DNA from: an uncultured Candidatus Rokubacteria bacterium
Lineage (GTDB): Bacteria > Methylomirabilota > Methylomirabilia > Rokubacteriales > DASRDR01
Direction of reading: 5' to 3'
NCBI GenBank assembly: GCA_963805625.1
Contig: CAWDVE010000016.1
Coordinates: forward strand, 416,001 to 480,000
DNA: 64,000 nt
Shown here: positions 28,710 to 39,044 of the stretch, piece by piece
How positions within the stretch are numbered: the stretch's first letter is position 1
Layout: every line of letters begins with the position of its first letter
Translations under genes and position numbers: made by a program
Notes under the pieces: generated by a model
The model's input: the letters and a program-made list of their open reading frames with translations, nothing else
Database searches by the model: none
What the model was told of the DNA's origin: nothing

Positions 28710-28833
28710 TACGGTCCCGTTTCCCCGGGGAGCTCCAGGCGTTCGAGTCCACCCACTCGCCGTAGGAGGGGCCTGGCGTGCACGCTTCCGTCGTGCTCGG
28801 CACCCGCTAGCGCCCGCCGGCCGTCCGCGTCCC

Positions 28834-30240
28834 TTGCCTCCCCGTTCCGATCCTCGCCCCGTTGTGCTCGTTGTCGACGACGAGCCCGGGGTCCGCACGT
28901 CCGTGAAGATGGTGCTCGATGGCGTTTGTGACGTGGTGGAGGCCCCCGACGGACCCGCCGCGATCGAGAGCGTCAGGAGCGGTGACGTGGACGTGTGCCT
29001 CCTCGACGTGCGGCTCCCCGGGATGGAAGGGATCGAGGTGCTGGAGCGGATCAAGCGCCTCGACGCCGGCCTGGAAGTGGTGCTCGTCACTGCGGTCCGC
29101 ACCGTCCGGACGGCGGTGGAGGCGATGAAGCTCGGGGCCTCCGACTACCTGACCAAGCCGTTCGCGGCGGACGACCTGCGGGGCGTGGTCAATCGTGCCC
29201 TGGAGCGCCGCGCGCTCCAGCGGGAGGTACGGTATCTCCGGGACGAGCTCGCACGGCACGAGGGCTTCGATCAGCTGGTCGGCCGATCTCCCGCGATGCG
29301 CCGCGTCTACGACCTCGTACGTCAGATCGCCGACACCACGGCCACCGTCCTCATCACCGGGGAGTCTGGCACCGGGAAGGAGCTGATCGCGCGCGCGATC
29401 CACCGGCAGGGCACCCGCCGCGACCGCCCCTTCGTGGCCGTGAACTGCGCCGCGTTGCCGGCCGAGCTACTCGAGTCGGAGCTGTTCGGGCACGAGCGAG
29501 GCGCGTTCACGGGCGCCCACGCGCGGAAGCTCGGGAAGTTCGAGGTGGCGCACACCGGGACGCTGCTTCTGGACGAGGTCGGGACGCTCCGGCTCGACCT
29601 CCAGCCCAAGCTCCTGCGAGCCCTCCAGGAGCGCGAGATCGAACGGGTAGGGGGAAGTCGCGCGATCCGGGTCGACGTCCGCATCGTCGCTGCCAGCAAC
29701 ACGGATCTGCGGCAGGCCGTGGCCGCGGGCCGGTTCCGGGAGGACCTGTTCTATCGGCTCCATGTGGTGCCGATCGCCGTGCCGGCCCTCCGCGAGCGCC
29801 GCGAGGATGTGGCGCCGCTCGCGCGACACTTCCTGGCGAAGTACGCTCGCCAGTTCGGGAAGGCGGTGACGGACCTCTCGCCGGGCGCGCTGGACGCTCT
29901 CGAGCGCTACCACTGGCCCGGCAACGTTCGCGAGCTCGAGAACATCATGGCACGCTCCGTCGCGCTCACGAGTGAGCCGGTGGTGCAGCTCGACCAGATC
30001 CGCCTCGACGTGGCCCTGGCCCCGGCCGAGGCCCCGGCCGAGGACCAGCTCAACCTCAGAGAGGCCCGGCACGAGGTCGAGCGGCTCCTCATCCTGCGCG
30101 CCCTCGACCGGGCCGGCGGCAACCAGACGGTCGCCGCGCGCCTCCTGGGGATGCATCGCAACACGCTGCTCGTGAAGCTCGCCCAGCTCGGGCTCCGCGC
30201 TCCCGAGCCGGGCGGCGCTCAGCCGGCCAGTAACTCGTAG
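28834..30240 (+). CDS. Sigma-54-dependent response regulator (NtrC/AtoC family)
   Basis: VVDDE and LLDVRLP receiver, GESGTGKE, ELFGHERGAFTGA, RFREDLFYRL, WPGNVREL, Fis HTH; start uncertain (TTG 28834). Confidence 0.92.
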   Translation: MPPRSDPRPVVLVVDDEPGVRTSVKMVLDGVCDVVEAPDGPAAIESVRSGDVDVCLLDVRLPGMEGIEVLERIKRLDAGLEVVLVTAVRTVRTAVEAMKLGASDYLTKPFAADDLRGVVNRALERRALQREVRYLRDELARHEGFDQLVGRSPAMRRVYDLVRQIADTTATVLITGESGTGKELIARAIHRQGTRRDRPFVAVNCAALPAELLESELFGHERGAFTGAHARKLGKFEVAHTGTLLLDEVGTLRLDLQPKLLRALQEREIERVGGSRAIRVDVRIVAASNTDLRQAVAAGRFREDLFYRLHVVPIAVPALRERREDVAPLARHFLAKYARQFGKAVTDLSPGALDALERYHWPGNVRELENIMARSVALTSEPVVQLDQIRLDVALAPAEAPAEDQLNLREARHEVERLLILRALDRAGGNQTVAARLLGMHRNTLLVKLAQLGLRAPEPGGAQPASNS

Positions 30241-31343
30241 CAGACGCTCCAGAGGCGCATCAGGTCGACCAGCCGATGCCAGGCCGGAGCCTGGCCCTCC
30301 ACGTGGCCAATCAGGTCCACGAGCACCAGCCGGGATCGGTCCGGGGCCGCGGCGGCCAGCCGTAGGCTCTCCGTGAACGGAATGGCGGGGTCCTCCTTGC
30401 CGTGGACAACGAGGAGCCGGGCTCGCGTGCGCCCGAGATGCCGCGCGGGTGAGAGCGCCTCGAGGAGGGCTCGCGTCTCCGGTGGGAGGGCGTCGAGCAG
30501 GGCATCCACGCGCGCGGGGTCGCGGTTCTCGAGGAGGGCCAGCACTGCTCGGGCCCCGGGGCCGGCGTCGGGGCCGGCGGGGCGACCTTCGAGCACACCT
30601 CCGACGGCGGTGCGGTCCCGCAGGTCGGGCACGAGGTCGAGGTTCCGGGCGAGGAAGCTCCCGGCGAGAGCCGGATCCACGACCGCCCGTCCCCCGGTCC
30701 CGTGGAAGGCGTACGCGCCGGTCGTGAAGTACCGGATCAGCTCCCGCGCATCCGCGTAGCCACCGAGCGCCAGCACGACGCGGACCCGCTCCGCCAGCGC
30801 GGGCTCATCGAGAGCCAGCGCGACCGGCGCGAGTCCCACGCTCACCGCGATGACCGCGACCGGCCCGGGCTGCACAGACGGGTGGGCGGCGAGGCGCTCG
30901 AGCGCGTCGCGGACCACCCGGGCGTCGTCCGGTCGGAGGCGCTGAGCCCGGAGGGCCGGAAGCTCGGGGACGGCCACCGCGAACCCAGCCCGGGCGAGGC
31001 GGTCCGCGGTCCAGGCGAGCCGGGCGTCGCGCTTCCCGTCGGGCGTGAGGCCGTGGATCAGGACGAGCCCGGGCCATGGGGCGTGCATCCTGTACCCGGG
31101 GCGCCAGAGGTCCGGCGGCGTGGCGTCGGGCACGCCCGGGCCCACGAGGGGCTCGACGACGGGCGGCGGTGTCGCGCGAGACAGCCAGGGGCGCCGGCCT
31201 TCGGTCAGGAACTCGACGAGGAAGCAGAGCCCGGTCACGCCCGCCCTGACGCGGATCCCCACCGGGCCTGCCAGGAGGATGACGAGCGCCGCCAGCGCCC
31301 AGGCGCTGAGGAGCCGGCCGACAGGCCGTCGGAGCGTCGTCAC
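30219..31343 (-). CDS. Alpha/beta-hydrolase-fold protein with N-terminal TM
   Basis: VLIHGLTPDG, AVSVG nucleophile-like elbow, HGKEDPAIP, GHV. Confidence 0.6.
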   Translation of the reverse strand: MTTLRRPVGRLLSAWALAALVILLAGPVGIRVRAGVTGLCFLVEFLTEGRRPWLSRATPPPVVEPLVGPGVPDATPPDLWRPGYRMHAPWPGLVLIHGLTPDGKRDARLAWTADRLARAGFAVAVPELPALRAQRLRPDDARVVRDALERLAAHPSVQPGPVAVIAVSVGLAPVALALDEPALAERVRVVLALGGYADARELIRYFTTGAYAFHGTGGRAVVDPALAGSFLARNLDLVPDLRDRTAVGGVLEGRPAGPDAGPGARAVLALLENRDPARVDALLDALPPETRALLEALSPARHLGRTRARLLVVHGKEDPAIPFTESLRLAAAAPDRSRLVLVDLIGHVEGQAPAWHRLVDLMRLWSVCYELLAG

Positions 31344-31424
31344 GCGAAGGGGCGGGCAGGATGCAGGCCCGCGCCGCGCGTCAGGCGGGATGGCCTCGTC
31401 GGGGGAAGTTGGCGCCCGGCGCGG

Positions 31425-32057
31425 TTATTGCGCCGGGTTGACGCACTTGACGAGGTGCCATCCGCGCAGCATGTTGACGCGGCGAACCACCTCGGGCGTG
31501 AGGCCGACGGTCTTCAGGAGCGGGGCCAGGGCGAGGTTGGTCTTCCAGCCGAGGTGTGCGCACACCGGCGCGAGCGCATCCTCGATCCGGCGCATCACGG
31601 GGTTCTGGCTCCGGAAGTGGTTCAGGATGACGATCGTGCCCCCGGGCTTCGTGACACGCCGCATCTCTCGGAGCACCGCCACGGGATCGGGGACCGCGCT
31701 GATCACGTAGGTCGCGAGCGTGGCGTCAAACTCCCCGTCCCCGAAGTCGAGCGCCGAGGCGTCCATCACCTTCAGGGTCACGCTGCCCATCCGGAGCTCC
31801 TGGACCTTGTCCTCTGCCTTACGGAGCATGCCCTCCGACAGGTCGATCCCGACGAGGTTGATGTCGCGCGGATAGAGCGGCAGGTTGAGGCCCGTGCCGA
31901 TCCCGACCTCGAGCACCCGCCCTCTGAGCTCCGGACCGACCATCCGCATCCCGGCGATCCGGCCCGGCTCGAAGATCTTCTTGAAGAGGAAGTCGTAGAC
32001 GGGCGAGTAGAAGTCGTACGCTCGCCGGACTTGTCCTTCCTCTAGCGAAATGTCCAC
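31425..32057 (-). CDS. Class I SAM methyltransferase (PmtA phospholipid N-methyltransferase-like)
   Basis: YDFLF, VLEVGIGTG, GIDLSEGML, VISAVPDP, PGGTIVILNHF. Confidence 0.85.
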   Translation of the reverse strand: MDISLEEGQVRRAYDFYSPVYDFLFKKIFEPGRIAGMRMVGPELRGRVLEVGIGTGLNLPLYPRDINLVGIDLSEGMLRKAEDKVQELRMGSVTLKVMDASALDFGDGEFDATLATYVISAVPDPVAVLREMRRVTKPGGTIVILNHFRSQNPVMRRIEDALAPVCAHLGWKTNLALAPLLKTVGLTPEVVRRVNMLRGWHLVKCVNPAQ

Positions 32058-32181
32058 ACTACCCCCTTCCGCGCCGCTCCGGACGCAAGACAGCGCAGTT
32101 CTATCACGCCTGTCCCGACCTGCCAAGGAAGAATTTTGTTCGTGGACACGGATACATCGACGATGTTACGGCCGCGCCTGG

Positions 32182-33540
32182 CTAGGACGGCCCCAGGAAG
32201 CGCAGGAACAGGGTGGCCAGACCCAGGAAGGAGAGGAAGCCCGAGCAGTCCGTGAAGGTGGTGACCACCACGCCGGTGGCCACCGCTGGGTCGACCCGAA
32301 GCGCCTTCAGCGCGACCGGTACCAGGGTCCCGGCCAGCGCGGCGACCAGCATGTTGGTGATCATCGCCACGCCCAGGATGAGCCCGAGCAGGGGATCGCC
32401 CTTCCAGAAGTAGGCGATCAAGCCGGCGACCGTCCCGGCCCCCACGCCGTTCGCGAGGCCGATCAGCACCTCCCGCAGGAGAATCTTGCGGGTATTGGCT
32501 AGGGTGAGATCGCCGAGCGCCATGGCCCGGACGATCACCGTGAACGTCTGGATGCCGGCGTTCCCGCCCATGCCTGCCACGATGGGCATGAACACGGCCA
32601 GGGCGGCCAGGGCCTGGATCGACGGCTCGAAGAGCCCGACGACGGTCGCCGCCAGCACGGCCGTCGGCAAGTTCACGAGGAGCCAGAACAGTCTTCGCCG
32701 GACGACCTTGCCCGCCGGGTCGAAGATCGTCTCGTCGGCCGAGACGCCGCCCAGACGATGGATGTCCTCGGTCGCCTCCTCGTGGATGACGTCGATCACG
32801 TCGTCGATGGTGACCGTGCCCAGCAGCCGCTGATTCCGGTCCACCACCGGTACCGCGAGGAGGTGGTGCTTCGTCGCCAGGCGGGCGACCTCCTCCTGGT
32901 CAGTGTCGGCGGTGACGCTCACGACGTCCGTCCGCCGGATGGCGTGCACCGCGGTCGACGGGTCGGCGGTGATGAGCCGTCGCAGCGGGACAAGGCCGAC
33001 CAGGTGGTCATGGTCGTCGACGACGTAGACGTAGAAGACGCCCTCGCGCGTCACCGACTTCCGCACGTGGTCCAGCGCCTGGCCGACCGTCATCTCCTCG
33101 TGGACGGCGATGAACTCAGGCGTCATGATGCCGCCCGCCGTCGACTCGCCGTACTGGAGAAGCTCCTGGATCTCCTCCGCCTCGGCCGGCGGCATCTCGT
33201 GGAGGATGCGGGAGGCTTGCTCCTCGGGCAGGGTCTCGACCACGTCCGCCGCCTCATCGGGTGGCATCTGGTCGAGGATGCGGGAGACCTCGCCCTGGTC
33301 GAGCGCCTCCATCAGAGCGAGGCGGCTTCCGTCGTCCATCTCGTAGAGGACGGTGCCCGCCGCCTCACGCGGGAGCTGGCGAAGCACGGTGACCTGCTCG
33401 GGGAGGTCCAGCTCCCGGAGTGCCACTGCGAGGTCCTCGGGGTGCGTCTCGACCAGGAGGGCCGCGAGTTTGTCCCGATCGCCGTCCCGGAGCTGCCGGC
33501 GGATCTCCTCGAGGAGCTGGCCGGAGTCCTGGACTTCCAT
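32182..33540 (-). CDS. mgtE: Magnesium transporter MgtE
   Basis: TAGGIMT, CBS pair, EEATEDI, MPIVAGMGGNAGIQ, DPAVA, TTFTD. Confidence 0.95.
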   Translation of the reverse strand: MEVQDSGQLLEEIRRQLRDGDRDKLAALLVETHPEDLAVALRELDLPEQVTVLRQLPREAAGTVLYEMDDGSRLALMEALDQGEVSRILDQMPPDEAADVVETLPEEQASRILHEMPPAEAEEIQELLQYGESTAGGIMTPEFIAVHEEMTVGQALDHVRKSVTREGVFYVYVVDDHDHLVGLVPLRRLITADPSTAVHAIRRTDVVSVTADTDQEEVARLATKHHLLAVPVVDRNQRLLGTVTIDDVIDVIHEEATEDIHRLGGVSADETIFDPAGKVVRRRLFWLLVNLPTAVLAATVVGLFEPSIQALAALAVFMPIVAGMGGNAGIQTFTVIVRAMALGDLTLANTRKILLREVLIGLANGVGAGTVAGLIAYFWKGDPLLGLILGVAMITNMLVAALAGTLVPVALKALRVDPAVATGVVVTTFTDCSGFLSFLGLATLFLRFLGPS

Positions 33541-33549
33541 CGCCCGGGT

Positions 33550-33828
33550 CTACGGGCGGAACTGGGTTGGAGCGCTCGGGGGCGGGGCGACCGGGGGGCC
33601 GGTCCGTGCCGAGGGCTTGGGCCGCCGGCTCCACTTCACTAAGCGGGCGGCCAGGCTGGCCAGCGCCGCGGCGAGCGCCCCGGTTGCCGCCGACGCGATC
33701 GTGACGACGGCGACGGACGCGGAGAGCTCCCAGTAGAGGAAGCGGACCGTGACCGCGTCGGGATTCTGGAAGGCGAAGACAGCAACCGCGAACAGGAGGA
33801 CCGCGACGACGGCGAGGAGAGCTTGCAT
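33550..33828 (-). CDS. LapA / DUF1049 family membrane protein
   Basis: AVFAFQNPDAVTVRFLYW plus a second TM. Confidence 0.8.
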   Translation of the reverse strand: MQALLAVVAVLLFAVAVFAFQNPDAVTVRFLYWELSASVAVVTIASAATGALAAALASLAARLVKWSRRPKPSARTGPPVAPPPSAPTQFRP

Positions 33829-33831
33829 CGA

Positions 33832-34458
33832 CTAAGAGCGGAGGAGGTCCTGCGCGCCGGCCGTGCCCCTCTTGACCAGCTCGAGCTGACCATCCGGGAA
33901 GGCGCCCTTGACGACTCCGAGCGCCGGCACCTGATCGGACACCCACACGGTGCCGTTCCGGTGGGGCGCCTTGACGGCGGTGAAGCGCCCCGCCGGCACG
34001 GTGACCTCCTCCGGCGCGCCCTGGACGCCCCCCTGGCGGAGTGGCCGGAGACCGCTCTCCGGGGTGGGGATCACGCCCTTCTTGTCCCGGATGACGCTCT
34101 TCAGGGTCTTTCCCGACGCTCGGTCCACCGTGATCTGGGTGACCGAGAGGGGCGTGCCGTCCGCCGTGGGCCGCGTCACCACCTGGAGCACGTAGCTCTT
34201 CGCGTCACCGCGGACGACCGAGTAGGTGACGAAAATGGGGCGGGGCGAGGACGCCTCACGGTCGACCGACCAGGTTGTAGCCCCGCTGGCGGCGGGCTGG
34301 CGAACGAGCACCGGGACATCGACCTTGGCTGCGGATCGCCATTCGTACGTCGCCCAGCCGCCGACCGCCGGACCTTGCGCGGCCGCCTCGACAGCCACGC
34401 CGAGCGCGAGGAGAACCATCAGCGCCATGCCGCGCGGACTGATCCCTGTTCGTCGCAT
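33832..34458 (-). CDS. Secreted hypothetical protein
   Basis: Signal peptide; EEVTVPAGRF and WVSDQVPALGVVK beta-rich motifs; coupled to the upstream Pal-domain gene. Confidence 0.7.
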   Translation of the reverse strand: MRRTGISPRGMALMVLLALGVAVEAAAQGPAVGGWATYEWRSAAKVDVPVLVRQPAASGATTWSVDREASSPRPIFVTYSVVRGDAKSYVLQVVTRPTADGTPLSVTQITVDRASGKTLKSVIRDKKGVIPTPESGLRPLRQGGVQGAPEEVTVPAGRFTAVKAPHRNGTVWVSDQVPALGVVKGAFPDGQLELVKRGTAGAQDLLRS

Positions 34459-36065
34459 CAGCGTGCCCTCACGAGGAAGTGAGCGCGCCGGTTGATGGCC
34501 CAGGCCAGCTCGTCGTGGCCGGCATCGACCGGCTGCTGCTCACCGTAGGAAATGGTGTCCACGCGACTCGCGTCCACGCCGAGTGCGACCAGATACGCCT
34601 TGGCGGCCTGGGCCCGCTGCTCGCCGAGCGCGAGGTTGTACTCGACGGTCCCGCGCTCGTCGGCGTGGCCTTCGATCGTGACGGCGAACTGCGGGTTCGC
34701 CTTGAGCGCCTGGCCCAACTCGTCGAGGGTCGCCTTCGCGTCGTCGGTGAGGGCGTACTGGTCGAACTGGAAGTTGACGTCCCGGAGCGCCGAGCGGAGC
34801 GACGGCGGGAGCGCGGCCGGGGGCAACCCGGCAACAGGACCTGGGGCGCCGGGAGCTCCGGGGGCTCCAGGCGTGCCAGGGGCCGCACCGGGAGCACCGG
34901 GCGCGCCTGGCGCCGTCGCGCCGGGAGCTCCGGGGGCCGCGCCCGGGGCGGCCGCACCTGGTGGGGCGCCGGGGGCGGCTCCGGCTCCTGGGGCGCCGGG
35001 AGCTCCGGGGGCTCCAGGCGTGCCAGGGGCCGCACCGGGAACACCGGGCGCGCCTGGCGCCGCCGCGCCGGGAGCTCCGGGGGCCGCGCCCGGGGCGGCC
35101 GCACCGGGGACACCCGGAGCCCCCGCCCTGGGTGCGGCGGCAGCCTTCGCGCCGAACGGCGTGCCGACGTTCATCTGATAGCTGACGAGGGCGAAGGCGC
35201 CCCAGTCAGGCGCGTCGTTGGTGAAGCCCTTGCGGCCCGCCAGGCTGATCAGGAAGTTGCCGAACCGGAGCCGCACGCCCGCGTTCATCCCTGCGATCCA
35301 GTCCGAGTGCCGGTCATCGTCTGTCCGCCAGTTGGTGTTCGCCGTACCCTCCGCGACGAGCGAGACGTGCGGCGTGACCACGTACTCGAGCCCGAGCCCG
35401 GAGATGAACTGGTCCTCGACCCGGGCAGCCCCGCGGCCGTTGTACTGGTAGCCTGCGCTGGCGAACGCGGTGAGCGGCCCGACGATCGTCTTGCTGGCGG
35501 CGAGGGCGGCGCCCCCGCTCCACTCGTTGGTCCCGAGTCCTTCCGAGCGCTCGGCCGTCGGCGCCACCGCGTATCCGATCACCGAGAGCGCCGGCCGCCA
35601 GCCGCTCTCGTCGAGGAAGCGATAGCCCAGGCCGAAGCTCAGGTCGTCAGGACCGCTGCCGTTGAAGTCTGACTTGTCCGCCTCGTACCAGGTGTACGGC
35701 ACCTGGAGGGAGAGCTGGAACCGTTCGGTCAGCGCGTAGCCGAGCGCGAGGAAGAGCGTGTTCTGATCGAAGACCCCTTCCTCTTGCTGGCACACGGACC
35801 GCTGACCGAGGTAGCCGAGCCCGATCGACAGGTCCCCGCCAGAGAGCGTGTTGGCGCCGGGCACGACGAATCCGGCCGTGCCGTTGATCGGAATGTGCGG
35901 GATGGGGTCGGCCAGGGGGCGGCCCCCGGGGAGCTGCGCGAGCCCGCCGGCGGTCGAGCCCGAGCCGCACGGTGAGAACGCCAACGCTGGCGTTGCGAGA
36001 GGGATCAGGGCAAGGACCGCGACCCCGAGGAGGGCCACCCACCTGCGGTGCGTTGTCACGCTCAT
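34458..36065 (-). CDS. Outer-membrane beta-barrel + G/A/P linker + OmpA/Pal peptidoglycan-binding domain
   Basis: Signal peptide; alternating beta-strands ending APDWGAFALVSY; about 120-aa G/A/P linker; VNFQFD, EGHADERGTVEYNLALGEQRA, ISYGE, NRRAHF. Confidence 0.85.
   Translation of the reverse strand: MSVTTHRRWVALLGVAVLALIPLATPALAFSPCGSGSTAGGLAQLPGGRPLADPIPHIPINGTAGFVVPGANTLSGGDLSIGLGYLGQRSVCQQEEGVFDQNTLFLALGYALTERFQLSLQVPYTWYEADKSDFNGSGPDDLSFGLGYRFLDESGWRPALSVIGYAVAPTAERSEGLGTNEWSGGAALAASKTIVGPLTAFASAGYQYNGRGAARVEDQFISGLGLEYVVTPHVSLVAEGTANTNWRTDDDRHSDWIAGMNAGVRLRFGNFLISLAGRKGFTNDAPDWGAFALVSYQMNVGTPFGAKAAAAPRAGAPGVPGAAAPGAAPGAPGAAAPGAPGVPGAAPGTPGAPGAPGAPGAGAAPGAPPGAAAPGAAPGAPGATAPGAPGAPGAAPGTPGAPGAPGAPGPVAGLPPAALPPSLRSALRDVNFQFDQYALTDDAKATLDELGQALKANPQFAVTIEGHADERGTVEYNLALGEQRAQAAKAYLVALGVDASRVDTISYGEQQPVDAGHDELAWAINRRAHFLVRAR
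34840..35105. repeat. Direct repeat in the Pal-protein linker (2 x 119 bp, period 147 bp)
   Basis: 34840-34958 matches 34987-35105 with two mismatches; built from GAPGA units. Confidence 0.85.
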
Positions 36066-36201
36066 CGTCCTCCGCCCGTGGACCACGGACCGTCTGCCTC
36101 GTACGGCCGACCCGAGCCCCCGAGGCCATCGGAGGCCCCGCCGCCACACCTGACGGCAGCATAGCATCGTACGCGCGGCGGGCAATAGCCCTCGCGCCGG
36201 C

Positions 36202-37608
36202 TCAGGGCGCCGTGACGCTACCGTCGAGGGCCCGGACGAAGCGGTTGACGATCGCGCGCCGCATCGCGGGCGCCTCGAGCGGCCCGACGCGTGCGGCCCA
36301 GGCGCTCGCGGGGATCACCGCCTTCGCGGCCGACCGGTGGCCGCCCGCGGAGCCGAGCTCGCCGAAGGCGGTCTGCACGACGTCCCCCGCCGCCCGGACG
36401 TAACCGACGTTGCGGACCGAGATGTGGACCTCGTCGCCCGTTAGACCGGAGACGACCGACCACTCGATACCCTTGACCTGGAGGCACAGGTCCGCGAACT
36501 GCGGGATGAGATCGGGCCGGCTGACCCGGCCCAGGTGGGCGAAGATGGCGTTCTGAAGGATCGTGCGGTGGACCAGGGCGTCGCCCAGCGCGTCGAGAGC
36601 GTCGAGCGGGAGCTCGGGGCGCTCGATCCGGCGCAGGATGTTGTGGTTGGCCAGCCCGTAGAGGTACGCGAAGGCATCCATGTCCGCCCGGGTGCCGCCA
36701 CGCTCGAGGTGGAGCGTGTCGGTCTTGATGCCGTAGAAGAGAGCTGTCGCGACCCGCTCCGTGATCTTCACCTCGGCCGCACGCAGGTACTCGGTCATGA
36801 TGGTCGACGTGGCGCCGTACGTTGGCCGCACGTCCCGAAATGGCGCGCGCCAGCCCTTCGCCTCCGGATGGTGGTCGATGACGACCGCGATCTGCGGGAG
36901 CGCCTCCTCGCAGAACGTGGGCTGGACGTCCACCATCGCCAGCGCGTCGTAGGCGCGGAGCCCCTCGGGGGTGATCTGGTCGACCTCGATCTCGAGCGCT
37001 TCCACCATCGCGAGGTTCTCCGGCCGCGTCACCCGGCCGAACGACAGGAGCGGGGCCGTCGCCCGCGTGCGGCCGAGCAGGGATCGGAGCGCGAGACCGG
37101 AGGCCATCGCGTCCGGATCGGGATCGTCCTGCAGGAGGATGCCGACACGGTCCTTCCCGGCGAGGAGGTGCCGCATCTGCTCGATACGAACGCGAAGAAG
37201 CGCGCGGTCCATCTCGGGACGCAGGACGTCCCGCATCGTGCGCCCGAGCATCACGGTGCTCACGTTCGGATGGTGCGGCAGGGACGGTGGCCGGGCGCCC
37301 TGGTGGACGACGAGGACGGGCACCTCGGGTACCACCTCGAGGATTGTCTCCAGGATCCGGACCAGGCTCGGGCCTCGCCGGGGTCGCTCCGGGGCCATCA
37401 GCATGACGAGATCACCCGCCGAGAGGTGAGCGCGCCGATAGAGGCCCGGGTCGTCCAGCGCGCCGGCCAGCGCGCTAGCGTCGTGGCGGGCCAGACCGGT
37501 GCGCGTTTTTCCGTCGCTCACGAGGAAGACCCAGGAGTCCGACTGGCCCGAGGTTCCCTGGAAGAGACGGAACAGGAAGTCGGTGGGACACACAACGACG
37601 CGCCGCAT
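36202..37608 (-). CDS. DHH-family phosphoesterase with degenerate N-terminal domain
   Basis: DPDPDAMAS, MVDVQP, VIDHH, YGIKTDT, AGGH. Confidence 0.88.
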   Translation of the reverse strand: MRRVVVCPTDFLFRLFQGTSGQSDSWVFLVSDGKTRTGLARHDASALAGALDDPGLYRRAHLSAGDLVMLMAPERPRRGPSLVRILETILEVVPEVPVLVVHQGARPPSLPHHPNVSTVMLGRTMRDVLRPEMDRALLRVRIEQMRHLLAGKDRVGILLQDDPDPDAMASGLALRSLLGRTRATAPLLSFGRVTRPENLAMVEALEIEVDQITPEGLRAYDALAMVDVQPTFCEEALPQIAVVIDHHPEAKGWRAPFRDVRPTYGATSTIMTEYLRAAEVKITERVATALFYGIKTDTLHLERGGTRADMDAFAYLYGLANHNILRRIERPELPLDALDALGDALVHRTILQNAIFAHLGRVSRPDLIPQFADLCLQVKGIEWSVVSGLTGDEVHISVRNVGYVRAAGDVVQTAFGELGSAGGHRSAAKAVIPASAWAARVGPLEAPAMRRAIVNRFVRALDGSVTAP

Positions 37609-37648
37609 GGGCGGACCTTAGTCTACACCCCTCGCCCGGGCTGACCGA

Positions 37649-38851
37649 TCAGGCGCCGTACTTGGTCAGGCGCAGGGCGTGGGCCAGGATGAGCGGCATG
37701 AGGTCGTGGGCCGGCAGGATCCCGAGGCTGCCCGCCCCGCAGGCCCGCTCGGAGAAGCGCTCCACGGCATCGGGCAAGGCGTACTGACCGGCCAGCGCGA
37801 CGGGCACCGGGTGCCAAGAATGGGCCCGGAGGACCGCGGGGGTCGCGTGGTCCCCGCTGACGACGAGGACGTCGGGCCTGAGCGCTTCGATCGCAGGGAG
37901 CGCGGCGTCGAGTCGTTCCAGCGCGGCCACCTTCCCCGGGAAGTCCCCGTCCTCCCCGGCCTTGTCGGTGTCCTTGTAGTGGAGAAACACGAAGTCATAG
38001 GCGTCCCAGTGGTCCTTGAGCGTCCTCACCTCGTCGGCGAACGTACTGCCGGTCTTGAGGACGTCCATGCCGACGAGGCGGGCGAGACCGCGGTACATCG
38101 GATACGCGGCGATCGCCGCCGCCCGGAGGCCGTACACCTCCGGGAAGCGCGGGAGGGCGGGCCGCTGATCGAAGCCCCGCAGGAGCACCATGTTCGCCGG
38201 CGCGGCGTCGGCCAGGAGGGGCCGTGCCTCCGCCACGAACCGGTTGACCACGTCGGCCGTGCCCTTGGCCTCCGGGGCCTGCGCCTGCACGGGCAGCGGC
38301 GGCTGGCCGGTGGTCTGGGGGTCCGTCTCGGACAGGTGGCCTGAGAGCCCGGGCCCGCGCAGCACCAGCACGAAGCGGTGTTCCTTCACCGGCTCGACGA
38401 GGAGCTCGACCCCCGGGATGCGGATCCCGCGGAGACGATCCACCAGGGCGGCGCACCGCTCCGTCGGGATCCGGCCAGCTCGCCGGTCGGTGATGCGGCC
38501 GGCCGCATCGAGCGTGCAGAAGTTCCCCCGCGCGGCGACGTCCCCAGGCCGGAGGTCGAAGTCGATCCCCAGGGCTTCGAGGACGCCGCGCCCCACCGGA
38601 TAGCGGAGCGGCTCGTAGCCGAAGAGGCCGAGGTGCCCGGGGCCGCTTCCGGGTGTGACGCCGGGGCCGACGTGACGGAGCAGGCCGCAGGCGGACCGCC
38701 GCGCAAGGGCGTCGAGATGGGGAATCCGGGCGGTCTCCAGCTCGGACAGACCCGTGGCCGGGTCCGGGAAGCCGCCCAGCCCGTCCGCCGAGAGGAGGAC
38801 GATCTTGGTGGTCCCGGGAACGACCAGGCTCCGAATCAGATCCAACTCCAT
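37649..38851 (-). CDS. apgM: 2,3-bisphosphoglycerate-independent phosphoglycerate mutase (ApgM type)
   Basis: [54 protein letters not shown]. Confidence 0.92.
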   Translation of the reverse strand: MELDLIRSLVVPGTTKIVLLSADGLGGFPDPATGLSELETARIPHLDALARRSACGLLRHVGPGVTPGSGPGHLGLFGYEPLRYPVGRGVLEALGIDFDLRPGDVAARGNFCTLDAAGRITDRRAGRIPTERCAALVDRLRGIRIPGVELLVEPVKEHRFVLVLRGPGLSGHLSETDPQTTGQPPLPVQAQAPEAKGTADVVNRFVAEARPLLADAAPANMVLLRGFDQRPALPRFPEVYGLRAAAIAAYPMYRGLARLVGMDVLKTGSTFADEVRTLKDHWDAYDFVFLHYKDTDKAGEDGDFPGKVAALERLDAALPAIEALRPDVLVVSGDHATPAVLRAHSWHPVPVALAGQYALPDAVERFSERACGAGSLGILPAHDLMPLILAHALRLTKYGA

Positions 38852-39044
38852 CGCGACCCGCCTCCTGCGGCTGCAGAGTCTAGCACGGCCAGCCGGCGGT
38901 CGGCGCAGCGGCCCGAGGGGCCTTCCCGCCAGCTCGATCCCGCCGTCCCTGGCGGCTCGAGGATCGGGTAGAATCCTTCCGGGCCGGGCGGCTGCGGAAA
39001 CCGGTCCCCCGGATTCCCAACCTCTCGACAACGCGAGGAGCGCC

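Noticed and set aside
28715-28760. GTTCGAGTCC T-loop-like motif as a tRNA fragment
   Set aside because: No flanking T-stem, acceptor stem or cloverleaf could be formed.
34840-35130. Repeat region as a CRISPR array or collagen domain
   Set aside because: In-frame coding linker with no spacers, and Gly-X-Y periodicity is repeatedly broken.
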